Position numbers and translations under genes: made by a program
Notes under the pieces: generated by a model
Told to the model about the DNA's origin: nothing
The model's database searches: none
What the model saw: the letters and a program-made list of their open reading frames with translations, nothing else
Assembly (NCBI GenBank): GCA_050012475.1
Contig: JBEKHC010000006.1
Coordinates: 17,544 to 81,543 of the forward strand
From: Candidatus Velthaea sp.
GTDB lineage: Bacteria; Vulcanimicrobiota; Vulcanimicrobiia; Vulcanimicrobiales; Vulcanimicrobiaceae
Reading direction: 5' to 3'
Length of the DNA stretch: 64,000 nucleotides
Part shown: one piece after another, positions 27,432 through 37,100 of the stretch
Numbering within the stretch: position 1 is the first letter of the stretch
Layout: each line of letters opens with the position of its first letter

Positions 27432-29056
27432 GACCGTTCGGTCCTCCAGGCCGCAGCGTTCCAGGTCGGCAGAAAGGCATTGGGCGCAAACCCGCGGAGC
27501 CGGCGCGCGTACGCGTACACGTACGCCGGATTGAACAGATAGACGATCGGCACGGCCGCCGCGACGCGCCGCTGGACTTGCGCGTAGAGCGCTGCTCGCA
27601 GCGCGCGATCGGGTGTGGCGATCGCGCGCCGTTCGAGTTCGTCGACCGCCGGATCGCACCAGCGCATGTAGTTGGCCGTTCCACGGCACGTCAGCAGAAA
27701 ACTGTCGTCGGGGTCGGCGCCCATCGACCACGGCACATAGGCGAGGTCGAAGGCACCGCCGGCCAGCGTGCCGCCTTGCGACGCGGGCAGAAAAAGCTGC
27801 GCGTTCGAGATCGACTTGATCGTGATGGCGATGCCGCGCGCGGCCAGTTCGCTTTGCACCACCGTCGCGACGCGGACGCCCGTCGTCGTTTCGGGAAACT
27901 GCACGTACGTCAACGCGAGAGCGCGGCCGGCTTGCATCCGCATCCCGCCCGGGCCGCGTTTCCAGCCTGCTGCGTCGAGCAGCGCGTCGGCGGCGCGCGG
28001 ATCGTAAGCGGGGAGACGCGCGGCCGGATCGTGCGCCCACGACGTCAGCGGCTGATCCGTATCGATCGGCGGATACCGTCCATACGTTATTTTGCGGCTG
28101 ATGCCCGCCCGGTCGATCGACGCCGCCAACGCTCGGCGCACGCGGACGTCGTCGAGCGGCGGATGCGTCGTGTTGATCGCGATCCCGGCAACCAGCGCGA
28201 GCGGCGCGATCGCGTACGCCAGCCCCGGCTTGCCGGCGAGCGCGGCTTGTTGCGCGGGTGCGATCAGATTCCAGTCGATCGCGTCGCTGCGCAGTAAGGT
28301 GAGGTTGGTGCCCGGATCGGGCACGATGTTGAGCTGCAAACGCTGCACGGGCGGGCGGCCGTGCCAGTACGCCGGATTGGCCTCGTAGATGAGGCGCTCG
28401 CCCCGATCCCAACGCACGAAGCGAAAGGGCCCGTTGCCGACCGGATGCGCACCGAAGGCGTCCTGCGCGAGATTCGCCCGTCCGGCGAGCAGATGCTCGG
28501 GCAGCACGTACTGCGGCGCCGTTCCGTAGCTGAAAAACGTCGCCACGGCCGGCGCCCAAGCCGAGCGCAACCGGATGCGCACGGTTCGGTCATCGAGCCG
28601 TTCGGCCGCCGCGATCCGGTCGTAGCCTTCACGCGAACGGACCGGATTGCGCGGATCCACGATCGCGCGCAGCGTGAAGAGCACGTCCCGCGCGGTCACG
28701 AGCGGTCCGTCCTGCCAGTGCACGCCGGGGCGCAGATGATACGTGATGGTCCGCCCGTCGCGGCTGAGGTCGCCGTTGGCCAATGTCGGTATGCGCGCTA
28801 GGAGCACCGGAATCGATTTGCCGCGAGCGTCGATGTCGATGAACGGCTCGAACGCCAGGCGCGCCACTTGGCCCTCAACGCTGTTGGCATCGACGTGCGC
28901 GAAGAGCGGATCGAGCGTGGCCGGATCGGCGGGCAGATCGAACCGGACACTGCTCTGGGCCGTCCCGGCGGGCGGCTGCGCTCGGCTGCAGCCCCCGAGC
29001 GCCGCGGCCACTACCAGCACACAGAAAAGACGGCGCCCGGCCGCGAAGAATCGCAT
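27428..29056 (-). CDS. Peptide ABC transporter substrate-binding lipoprotein (family 5)
   Basis: Lipobox LGGC, DPATLDP, LRPGVHWQDG..TARDVLFT, HPVGNGPF, LDDVRVRRALA. Confidence 0.9.
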   Translation of the reverse strand: MRFFAAGRRLFCVLVVAAALGGCSRAQPPAGTAQSSVRFDLPADPATLDPLFAHVDANSVEGQVARLAFEPFIDIDARGKSIPVLLARIPTLANGDLSRDGRTITYHLRPGVHWQDGPLVTARDVLFTLRAIVDPRNPVRSREGYDRIAAAERLDDRTVRIRLRSAWAPAVATFFSYGTAPQYVLPEHLLAGRANLAQDAFGAHPVGNGPFRFVRWDRGERLIYEANPAYWHGRPPVQRLQLNIVPDPGTNLTLLRSDAIDWNLIAPAQQAALAGKPGLAYAIAPLALVAGIAINTTHPPLDDVRVRRALAASIDRAGISRKITYGRYPPIDTDQPLTSWAHDPAARLPAYDPRAADALLDAAGWKRGPGGMRMQAGRALALTYVQFPETTTGVRVATVVQSELAARGIAITIKSISNAQLFLPASQGGTLAGGAFDLAYVPWSMGADPDDSFLLTCRGTANYMRWCDPAVDELERRAIATPDRALRAALYAQVQRRVAAAVPIVYLFNPAYVYAYARRLRGFAPNAFLPTWNAAAWRTERS

Positions 29057-29180
29057 ACGTTTCAGGCGTTTCGTTGCGCCGGCGGCGACCCCGCTCGCCC
29101 GCAAAAACATCACGAATGTTTCGAGGGTACTTTCATATTTATATCGAACATATCGAGCGTGACAGAGGGAGTGTCCAACG

Positions 29181-29666
29181 ATGATCGCGCATTCCGAGCT
29201 TGATCAGCTCGACCTTCAGCTCGTCGAAGCGTTGCAGCGAAACGCCCGTTCTACCTTTGCGGAGCTGGGCACCATCGTCGGCCTCAAGGCACCCGCCGTG
29301 CACGAGCGCGTGAAACGGCTGGAGAATCGCGGCTACCTCCGCGGCTACGCCGCCCAGGTTGACAATCGGCGCTTGGGCTACGAACTCATGGCATTCGTTG
29401 GCGTCGTCACCGCGCCGGAGAAAACGTACGACGAGTTCACCACCCAAATTGCGACGCTCCCCGAAGTACTCGAGATGCACAGCGTCGCCGGCGACCAGAC
29501 GTTTCTGCTCAAGGTTGCGACCCGCTCGACTGGGCACCTGGATGATTTGCTCTCGCGCATCAAGCGCATCCCGGGAATCGCGCGAACCCAAACCACGATC
29601 GTCCTTTCGACGCCGTTCGAACGGCCGGGGGTCGTCGTCGTGGATCGCGCGCTCCTGCCGGCGTGA
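29181..29666 (+). CDS. Lrp/AsnC family regulator
   Basis: LDQLDLQLVEALQRNAR..VHERVKRLE, EMHSVAGD, TQTTIVL. Confidence 0.9.
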   Translation: MIAHSELDQLDLQLVEALQRNARSTFAELGTIVGLKAPAVHERVKRLENRGYLRGYAAQVDNRRLGYELMAFVGVVTAPEKTYDEFTTQIATLPEVLEMHSVAGDQTFLLKVATRSTGHLDDLLSRIKRIPGIARTQTTIVLSTPFERPGVVVVDRALLPA

Positions 29667-30724
29667 ACGCGGTGGTTTCCGGCTGCCGCCTCGGAAGCCA
29701 CCGCGTCGTGAGCCCCGCCGGAAGTCTGCCCCAGGCCGCTTGGCAGCTGGACAACACGCCGACGCCATATGCCAACGAGATCCTCTGCGGGGTCGACGTT
29801 CTCAACATCGACTCGGCATCGTTTCGGCAAATCGCCGAGTCCTGCTCGCACGATCCTGCGGCGATCGGCCGGCACATCGCGCAAACCGTGGCCGAGCGCG
29901 GCAAACAGCATAACCCGGTCACCGGCAGCGGTGGGATGTTCGTGGGCCGGGTGCTCGAAATCGGCCCGGAGTTGGCGGCGCGCGACGACATTGGGGTTGG
30001 CGATGCGATCGCCTCGCTTGTTTCGCTGACGCTCACGCCGCTGACCATCACGGCCGTCCACGAGGTCGACGTCGCGACCGGCCGCGTCTGGATCGACGGA
30101 CGGGCGATCCTGTTCGAGACCGGATCGTACGCTCGGTTGCCGGACGATCTTCCACTCGACGTCGTGCTGGCGGTGCTCGACGTTGCGGGCGCCCCGGCCC
30201 AGGTTGAGCGGCTGGCCCAGCCCGGCCAAAGCGTGTGCGTGATCGGCGCCGACGGGAAATCCGGCCTTCTGGCATGTGTCGCGGCCCGCGGCCGGGTCGG
30301 TCCGGCCGGACGGGTCGTGGGGCTCGTTCCGGTTGCCGGCTCCGCCGCTGCCCGCCTTTTGATCGAGCACGGCTACGTCGACGCAATCGTGGAAGCCGAC
30401 GCTCGCGACGCACTGGCCGTCGTCGCTGCCATCGCGACCGCGCTCCCCGGCCTCGCCGATCTGGTCGTGAATTGCGTCAACGTCCCGGGCACGGAGCTGG
30501 CCTCGATCCTGTGCGCACGCGACGAGGGCACGGTCTACTTTTTTTCGCTGAACACCTCGTTCACCGCGGCGGCGCTGGGCGCCGAAGGGGCGGCCAAAGA
30601 CGTCACGATGATCGTCGGCAACGGGTATGCCAAGGGCCACGCCGCCTGCGCGCTGCAAACGCTGCGCGATCATGTCCCAGTTCTAACATATTTCACGCAA
30701 CGCTACGCCCCCCGAGCGGTTTGA
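29663..30724 (+). CDS. kdd: L-erythro-3,5-diaminohexanoate dehydrogenase
   Basis: GSHRVVSP.GSLPQAAWQLDN, LNIDSASFRQ, RGKQHNPVTGSGGM, SLVSLTLTPL, TAAALGAEG..MIVGNGY; adjacent to kamA. Confidence 0.88.
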   Translation: MNAVVSGCRLGSHRVVSPAGSLPQAAWQLDNTPTPYANEILCGVDVLNIDSASFRQIAESCSHDPAAIGRHIAQTVAERGKQHNPVTGSGGMFVGRVLEIGPELAARDDIGVGDAIASLVSLTLTPLTITAVHEVDVATGRVWIDGRAILFETGSYARLPDDLPLDVVLAVLDVAGAPAQVERLAQPGQSVCVIGADGKSGLLACVAARGRVGPAGRVVGLVPVAGSAAARLLIEHGYVDAIVEADARDALAVVAAIATALPGLADLVVNCVNVPGTELASILCARDEGTVYFFSLNTSFTAAALGAEGAAKDVTMIVGNGYAKGHAACALQTLRDHVPVLTYFTQRYAPRAV

Positions 30725-30737
30725 GAGAACTGGTTCT

Positions 30738-32117
30738 ATGGACATCCTTGCTCCGCGTCACCTTGCCAAGCCGCCCGTCGATCCCGCGACCCTGGCGTAC
30801 CGCAACCTGCGCGAGGGAGAGTTCTGGCGCTCGATTCCCGCCTATTCCGAGGTCGACGAGGCGACGTTCCTCGATCATATTTGGCAAGGCCGCGAGTCGG
30901 TGAAGACGCCCGAGGAACTGCTCGAAACGATCAAGGACTTGGTGCCGGCGGCGTTCTTCGACGACGCGCGCGAAGGCTTCCGGCGCGCGCCGATGGCCGT
31001 GCGCGTTTCGCCGTATCTGATCGCGTCGATCGATTGGAACGCGCCTTACACCGATCCGATCCGGCGCCAGTTCATCCCGCTCGCGTCGCATGCGCTGGCG
31101 GATCATCCGCGGTTGTCGTTCGACTCGCTGCACGAGCAAGACGACTCGCCCGTTCCGGGCGTGATCCATCGCTACATCGACAAAGCGCTGTTTCTTCCGC
31201 TCAACACGTGCCCGGTGTACTGCCGGTTCTGCACGCGCTCGTACGCCATCGGACCGGATACCGAAGGCGTCGATCGCAAGACCCGGTTGGCGAAAACACC
31301 CAAAGATTGGCAGAACGCGTTCGACTACATCGCGTCGCGTCCCGAGCTCGAAGACATCGTGATCTCGGGCGGCGACACCTATCAGCTCGCGCCCAAGATG
31401 CTCGCGCTCATCGGCAACGCGCTGCTCGACATTCCCAACGTGCGCCGGATGCGTTTCGCCACGAAAGGGCCGGCCGTGATGCCGATGAAAATCCTGACCG
31501 ACGCGGCGTGGACCGACGCACTGACCGCGATCGTCGAGCGCGGCCGCACGATCGGCAAGGAAGTCGTGCTTCACACGCACTTCAATAGCCCGAACGAGAT
31601 AAGTTGGATCACCCAAAAAGCGATCGACGTTTTGTTCGAGCGCGGGATCTACGTGCGCAATCAGAGTGTGCTCATCCGCGGCGTCAACGATACTACCGCG
31701 ACGATGACGACGCTGGTCAAGCGGCTCGAATACGTGAACGTTCACCCGTACTACGTCTACATGCACGACCTCGTCAAAGGGGTCGAGGAATTGCGCACGC
31801 CGCTGCAAACGGCGATCGACATCGAAAAGAGCTTGCGCGGCGTCACGGCCGGTTTCAACACGCCGACGTTCGTCTGCGACGCGCCGGGCGGCGGCGGCAA
31901 GCGCGACGTGCACAGTTTCGAGCATTACGATCGCGAAAACGGGATCGCCGTCTATACTGCGCCGAGCGTGAAGCCGGGCAAGTACTTCTTGTATTTCGAT
32001 CCCATCGACACGCTGTCGCCTGCAGCGCAGCTGCGCTGGCAATCACCGGCGCTGCAGGAACAGATGGTCGCCGAAGCGATCGAACGCGCGGGCGGCCGCG
32101 TCGAAGCCCTCGCGTAA
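30738..32117 (+). CDS. kamA: Lysine 2,3-aminomutase (KamA family radical SAM)
   Basis: HRYIDKALF..CPVYCRFCTR, ISGGD, HTHFNSPNE, NQSVLIRGVND, DAPGGGGK. Confidence 0.88.
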   Translation: MDILAPRHLAKPPVDPATLAYRNLREGEFWRSIPAYSEVDEATFLDHIWQGRESVKTPEELLETIKDLVPAAFFDDAREGFRRAPMAVRVSPYLIASIDWNAPYTDPIRRQFIPLASHALADHPRLSFDSLHEQDDSPVPGVIHRYIDKALFLPLNTCPVYCRFCTRSYAIGPDTEGVDRKTRLAKTPKDWQNAFDYIASRPELEDIVISGGDTYQLAPKMLALIGNALLDIPNVRRMRFATKGPAVMPMKILTDAAWTDALTAIVERGRTIGKEVVLHTHFNSPNEISWITQKAIDVLFERGIYVRNQSVLIRGVNDTTATMTTLVKRLEYVNVHPYYVYMHDLVKGVEELRTPLQTAIDIEKSLRGVTAGFNTPTFVCDAPGGGGKRDVHSFEHYDRENGIAVYTAPSVKPGKYFLYFDPIDTLSPAAQLRWQSPALQEQMVAEAIERAGGRVEALA

Positions 32118-32255
32118 TCGCCCGGAACCGGCCGGCGGCGCCGGCGCGGAGGACGCGAGTGAATCAGGGAACGTTCGCGAACGAGATCGTATGCTTGTCA
32201 ACGCCGTGAACTCCACGGGGATTCGCCCGCTTGCCCTATCCCTTTTGGGTCAGCC

Positions 32256-32816
32256 GTGCACGCCGCTCGCGTGATCCGTTGGTGCGTCTTCTGTGGTTCG
32301 TCGCCGGGGCACGACCCGCTGTACCGGCAGACCGCGACCGCAACGGGAACGCTGTTCGCGCGCGCCGGCATCGAGGTCGTGTATGGCGGCGGAAACGTCG
32401 GCTTGATGGGCACCGTCGCCGACGCGGCGATTGCCGCGGGCGGAAAAGTCATCGGCGTCATTCCACAATCGCTCGCCGCGCGTGAGGTCGCGCACGACGG
32501 GATCACCCAACTGTATATTGTTGACTCGATGCACGAACGCAAAGCTCGAATGAATGAGTTGTCGGACGGATTCTTGATGTTGCCCGGCGGCTTCGGCACC
32601 TTTGAGGAGTTCTGCGAAGTGGTCACGTGGGTGCAGCTGGGAATTATCGCCAAGCCCTGCATCGTGCTCAACGTCGGCGGATACTACGATCCGCTCTTGG
32701 CGATGTTCGATCAGGCGAACGCCTACGGCTTCATCAGCGACCGCAATCGCGCGATCGTCGACGTCGTTCCCAGCGTCGAGGCGCTCGAGGGGATCGTCGC
32801 GGCGTTTACCGATTAG
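32256..32816 (+). CDS. LOG family nucleoside monophosphate phosphoribohydrolase
   Basis: CVFCGSSPG, VYGGGNVGLMG, SMHERK, LPGGFGTFEE. Confidence 0.9.
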   Translation: MHAARVIRWCVFCGSSPGHDPLYRQTATATGTLFARAGIEVVYGGGNVGLMGTVADAAIAAGGKVIGVIPQSLAAREVAHDGITQLYIVDSMHERKARMNELSDGFLMLPGGFGTFEEFCEVVTWVQLGIIAKPCIVLNVGGYYDPLLAMFDQANAYGFISDRNRAIVDVVPSVEALEGIVAAFTD

Positions 32817-33001
32817 TGTGGTGTCTCAGAAGTTCGCATACAAAATCTCGCTCGTCTTTTCGCCCGGCTCATCGTCGTTCTTCGGTCACGAAGCGGCTTC
32901 GCCGGGTGCACCGAGCGAAGCCGAGGGCACCCATCCCATCACTCCTCGATCCGAACGAAAATACTTCGCGATCTTTTGCATGGAACTTCTGAGACACCGC
33001 A
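32817..33001. mobile_element. ~185 bp MITE with ~45 bp imperfect terminal inverted repeats (IS481-like TGT-type ends)
   Basis: Left TGTGGTGTCTCAGAAGTTCGCATACAAAATCTCGC; right end reverse-complemented TGCGGTGTCTCAGAAGTTCCATGCAAAAGATCGC; flanks TTAG and CTGG; no transposase. Confidence 0.75.
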
Positions 33002-33005
33002 CTGG

Positions 33006-33908
33006 TCAGCCGTTTCCCTGAGCGGGCGCTGCGTCCGCGTAGGGGGCGTGCTGCGCGCCGGTTTCGCGCGGCCGATCTTCGCCCAGAAAATCCGCGATGA
33101 TCTGCGCGCACTCGCGAGCGCTCGTGACGAGAAACAAGTGCCCGTCATCGATCGTCACCAGCCGCGCGTGCGGAATCATCGCAGCCAAGAAGCGTCCGTT
33201 CGCGAGGGGAACGATCGGGTCGTCCGTTCCCGCCATCACGAGCGTGGGCTGTTGCACGCTGCGCAGCCAATGTGCGCTTGTCCAGCCGACGAGAGCGCGC
33301 AGCTGTAGCCCGTATCCCGTCGAACGCGGCGCGCGGAGCGAGTCGGCGTAGCGCTCGAGCAGTTGCGGATTGCCGCGCAGTTTGCCGCCGTAGAGTTCGC
33401 CCCCGATCCGCAGCATGAAGTCGCGATCGGTGTAGCGGCGCGGGTCGAGCAGCTTGACGAACGCCGCCGGCGCGCCCGGCAGCGAGACCGCACCGGCGGA
33501 CGTTGCAGCCAGCAGCAATCGCCGCACGCGCAACGGGTAGCGGTGGGTGAATTCCTGCGCGATGCCGCCGCCCCAACTCACGCCGCCCACGTCGACTTGA
33601 CCTTCGATCCCCAGGCTCACCAGAAGTGCACACGAGAGGCTGGCCAGCCACGCCAGCCGGTATGGCCCCGGCGGATCGCTCGAGCCGCCGGTGCCCGGCA
33701 CGTCGAATGCAACGATACCGATTCCCAACTGCTGCATCTCATCCGCGAAGCCGCGCAAAAGTTCGAGGTTCGCTCCGATGCCGTTGAAAAAGAACAGCGG
33801 CAGCGCACCCGGCCGTCCCGCACTGGTCGCCACCCGCAGGTTCATTCCGTCCACCGCGACCGCTCGAATGTCCACGTACTTTGTCTCTCTCTTTCGCACC
33901 GGCGGCAT
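33006..33908 (-). CDS. phaZ: Poly(3-hydroxyalkanoate) depolymerase-like alpha/beta hydrolase
   Basis: FFNGIGANLEL, FDVPGTGGS, lipase box GVSWGG, GWTSAHWL, DDPIVPLANG, DDGHLFL. Start uncertain. Confidence 0.8.
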   Translation of the reverse strand: MPPVRKRETKYVDIRAVAVDGMNLRVATSAGRPGALPLFFFNGIGANLELLRGFADEMQQLGIGIVAFDVPGTGGSSDPPGPYRLAWLASLSCALLVSLGIEGQVDVGGVSWGGGIAQEFTHRYPLRVRRLLLAATSAGAVSLPGAPAAFVKLLDPRRYTDRDFMLRIGGELYGGKLRGNPQLLERYADSLRAPRSTGYGLQLRALVGWTSAHWLRSVQQPTLVMAGTDDPIVPLANGRFLAAMIPHARLVTIDDGHLFLVTSARECAQIIADFLGEDRPRETGAQHAPYADAAPAQGNG

Positions 33909-34105
33909 CACGGCACGCCGCACTGCAGCAACACCGTTCAGCGTGCTTGAAAGATACCCCGGCCGGCGACCACGTGAATCAGCTCGGCAGAACGACTCTC
34001 CTGCGATTTAAGTCGGAATGCTACGGGCGGCTTATGGTTGTGCCTCGACTTCGCTCGCTGCACCCGCGAAACCCAAACGCGACGGAATGCGCGAGGCGAA
34101 TTCCG

Positions 34106-37100
34106 CTAACGTTTGGGACCCGGATCGTCTTCGTCGAGCGCGGTGCGCACGATGCGCTCTTGTTCGACAGCGTGCGCGCCGGGGTAGCCCTCGGACGGGC
34201 TCGCCCGATACGGCCGGCCAATGTATTCGATGTCGCTGATATATTTGGGAAGATTTTCCACCAGCCGGCGCCGCACGTGCGCGCGCGCACCCATGTTCTT
34301 GGGTTCCTCTTGCACCCAGACGATGCGTTTGAGATTGGGATACGAGCTGATGAGGTCGAGCAGCTTCGCCTTGGGCAAAGGCGACAGCATCTCGACGCGG
34401 ACCAGCGCCGTTTTCTGCATCTTGCCGAACGCCGGATCGGCGACCAGATCGTGATAGATCTTCCCGGTACAGATGAGGAGCCGCTCGACGGCACCGCGAT
34501 CCTCTCTGAAGCGCTTATCGTCGATGACGGTATGGAACCGGCCGTCGACGAGTTCATCCAACGTTCCGTACGACGCGCGATTGCGCAGCAGCGATTTCGG
34601 CGTCATGACGACGAGCGGAAACGCGCTGACGGCTCGCGACTGCGCGCGCAACAGGTGAAAGTACTGACTCGACGTCGAGCAATTCACGATGCGGATGTTG
34701 CCCTCGGCGGAAAGCTGCAGGAACCGCTCGAGCCGCGCGCTCGAATGTTCGGGGCCCGCACCCTCGTAGCCGTGCGGCAGAAGCAAGGTCAGCCGCGTGT
34801 CCTGGCCCCACTTGGCGGCACCGGCAGCGATGAACTGATCGATGATGATCTGCGCGCCGTTATTGAAGTCGCCGAACTGCGCCTCCCACAGCACGAGCGC
34901 GTTGGGCAGAACACCGCCGTAGCCGTATTCGAAGCCTAAACAGGCGTATTCGGACAGCGGCGAGTTGTAGATCTCGAACGACGCCTTCGCATCGGAGACG
35001 TGGTGGAGCGGAATGTATTTCTGGTTCGTCCGCATGTCGTGCAGTACGGCATGCCGATGACTGAACGTGCCGCGCTCGACATCCTGCCCGGTCAGCCGGA
35101 TCGGTGTCCCGTCGCTGAGCAGCGATGCAAACGCCAAGCCTTCCGCCAGCGCCCAGTCGATTTCGCCCTCGGCCAGCAGCGTCGTCCGGCGCTTGAGGAA
35201 TTGGCCTTGGAGCTTTTTGTTGAGCTCGAACCCGGGCGGCGTCGCGATGAGTTCGTCGGCGTACCCCAAGAGCCGGCCGCGCTCGATCTCGGTCGTCGGC
35301 ATGGTTTCGACGTGGGCACCGCCGGGCTGACTCTGGCCGACGATGAGTTTGTTCCCGTAGCCGTCGCGCACGTTGCGGTGGGCCTCGGCCATGCGCGCGC
35401 TGGCGGCTTCCTGCATGACCTTGACTTCGTCGGTCGTGAGGACGCCCTGCGCCACGAGTTGGGCGGCAAAGAGTTCGCGGACCGTCGGGTGCGACTTGAT
35501 CGCCTCGACCATCAACGGCTGCGTGTACGCCGGCTCGTCTTGTTCGTTGTGACCGAAGCGGCGATAGCCGATCAGATCGATGACCGTATCGCGGCCGAAC
35601 TTCGCGCGATAGTCGATCGCAAGGCGAACCGCGGCAATGCACGCTTCGACGTCGTCCGCGTTGACGTGCACGATCGGCACGTCGTAGCCTTTGGCGAGAT
35701 CGGACGAGTAACGGGTCGAGCGGCCTTCTTGCGGATCGGTCGTGAAACCGACTTGATTGTTCGAGATGATGTGGATGGTGCCGCCGGTCGAATACCCGGT
35801 GAGCGCCTGCAGATTGAGCACTTCGGCGACGACGCCTTGTGCGGCGAACGCGGCGTCACCGTGGATCAGAATCGGCGCGGCCGTCATGAAGTCGAGCGTC
35901 GGCGGGTTCGAGCCGTGGTTGGTCTGGAGCGCGCGGGTGATCCCTTCGACGACGCCGTCGACCGCTTCGAGATGCGATGGGTTGTTGGCCAGCGTGACGT
36001 TGATATTCGTGCCGTTCGAGGTCGTGTAGACGCCGTTGGCGCCGTGATGGTACTTGACGTCGCCGGTCACGTCGGCGTCGTCTTCGGGATCGGGCATCGC
36101 CGTCTTCATCGCGCCGGCCTCGAACTCGGCCAGCAGCTCTTCATACGGACGATTGACGACGTGCGCGATCGTCGAAAGCCGTCCGCGATGCGCCATCCCG
36201 AGCACGGCGTGCTGGGTGCCGTCCTCGGCGAGCATGCTGATGATCTCTTCGAGCATCGGCACCATCACGTCGAGGCCTTCGATCGAGAACGTCTTTTGCG
36301 AGAGGAACTGCTTGCGGAAATAGCGCTCCATCGTTTCGACTTTCGTCAAACGCTCGAGCACTTGAACTTTGCGCTGCGGTTGCAGTTCGCGGCGGTGCAG
36401 TCCGCTTTCGATGTATTCCCGCAGCCATTCGCGCTGCGCCGTGTTGGAGATGTGTTCGATCTCGTAGGCGATGGTCGAGGCGTAGGTTTCGCGCAGCCGC
36501 GGCAGTGCGTCGGCAAGCGTGTTGCCGGGGACTTTGATGCGCAGAACCGAGGCCGGAACCGCGTTGAGCAGCGCGGGGGTGAGATTATAGTACCGCTCGC
36601 TCAGCGACGGTTCGCCTTGCGGCTTCGTGCCCAAGGGGTCCAGCGTCGCCGCCAAGTGCCCGTGACGCCGGTACGACGAAACCAACGCCATGCCGGCGGC
36701 GATGGCGCGCACCATTTCGTCCGAGGCCGCGGCGACGTCGGTATCCGCCGCTGCGTTGGCGGCCGCCTGTGCTTCGGCGTCCGCCGCCTCGGCCGCGGCA
36801 GCATGGGGCGCGATGCCGAACTGCTCGAAGAGCTTTTCGTAGAACGCGTCAGCGCCCGACAGCAGCTCCTCGATCCGCTTGAGAAACTCGCCCGACTGGG
36901 CACCTTGGATGACGCGGTGATCGTAGGTCGAGGTCATCGTCATGACCTTTTCGATCCCGAGTTGTTTGACCGTGGCTTGCGGCGCGCGCCGGAATCCCGG
37001 GGGCAGAGCGATGGCGCCGGCGGCGATGATCGCACCTTGCCCGACCATGAGCCGCGGCACCGACGCGACCGTACCGATTCCGCCCGGATTGGTGAGGGTG

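Noticed and set aside
32256..32816. Lysine decarboxylase call suggested by proximity to kamA
   Set aside because: Motifs are those of LOG-family phosphoribohydrolases, a known source of that mis-annotation.
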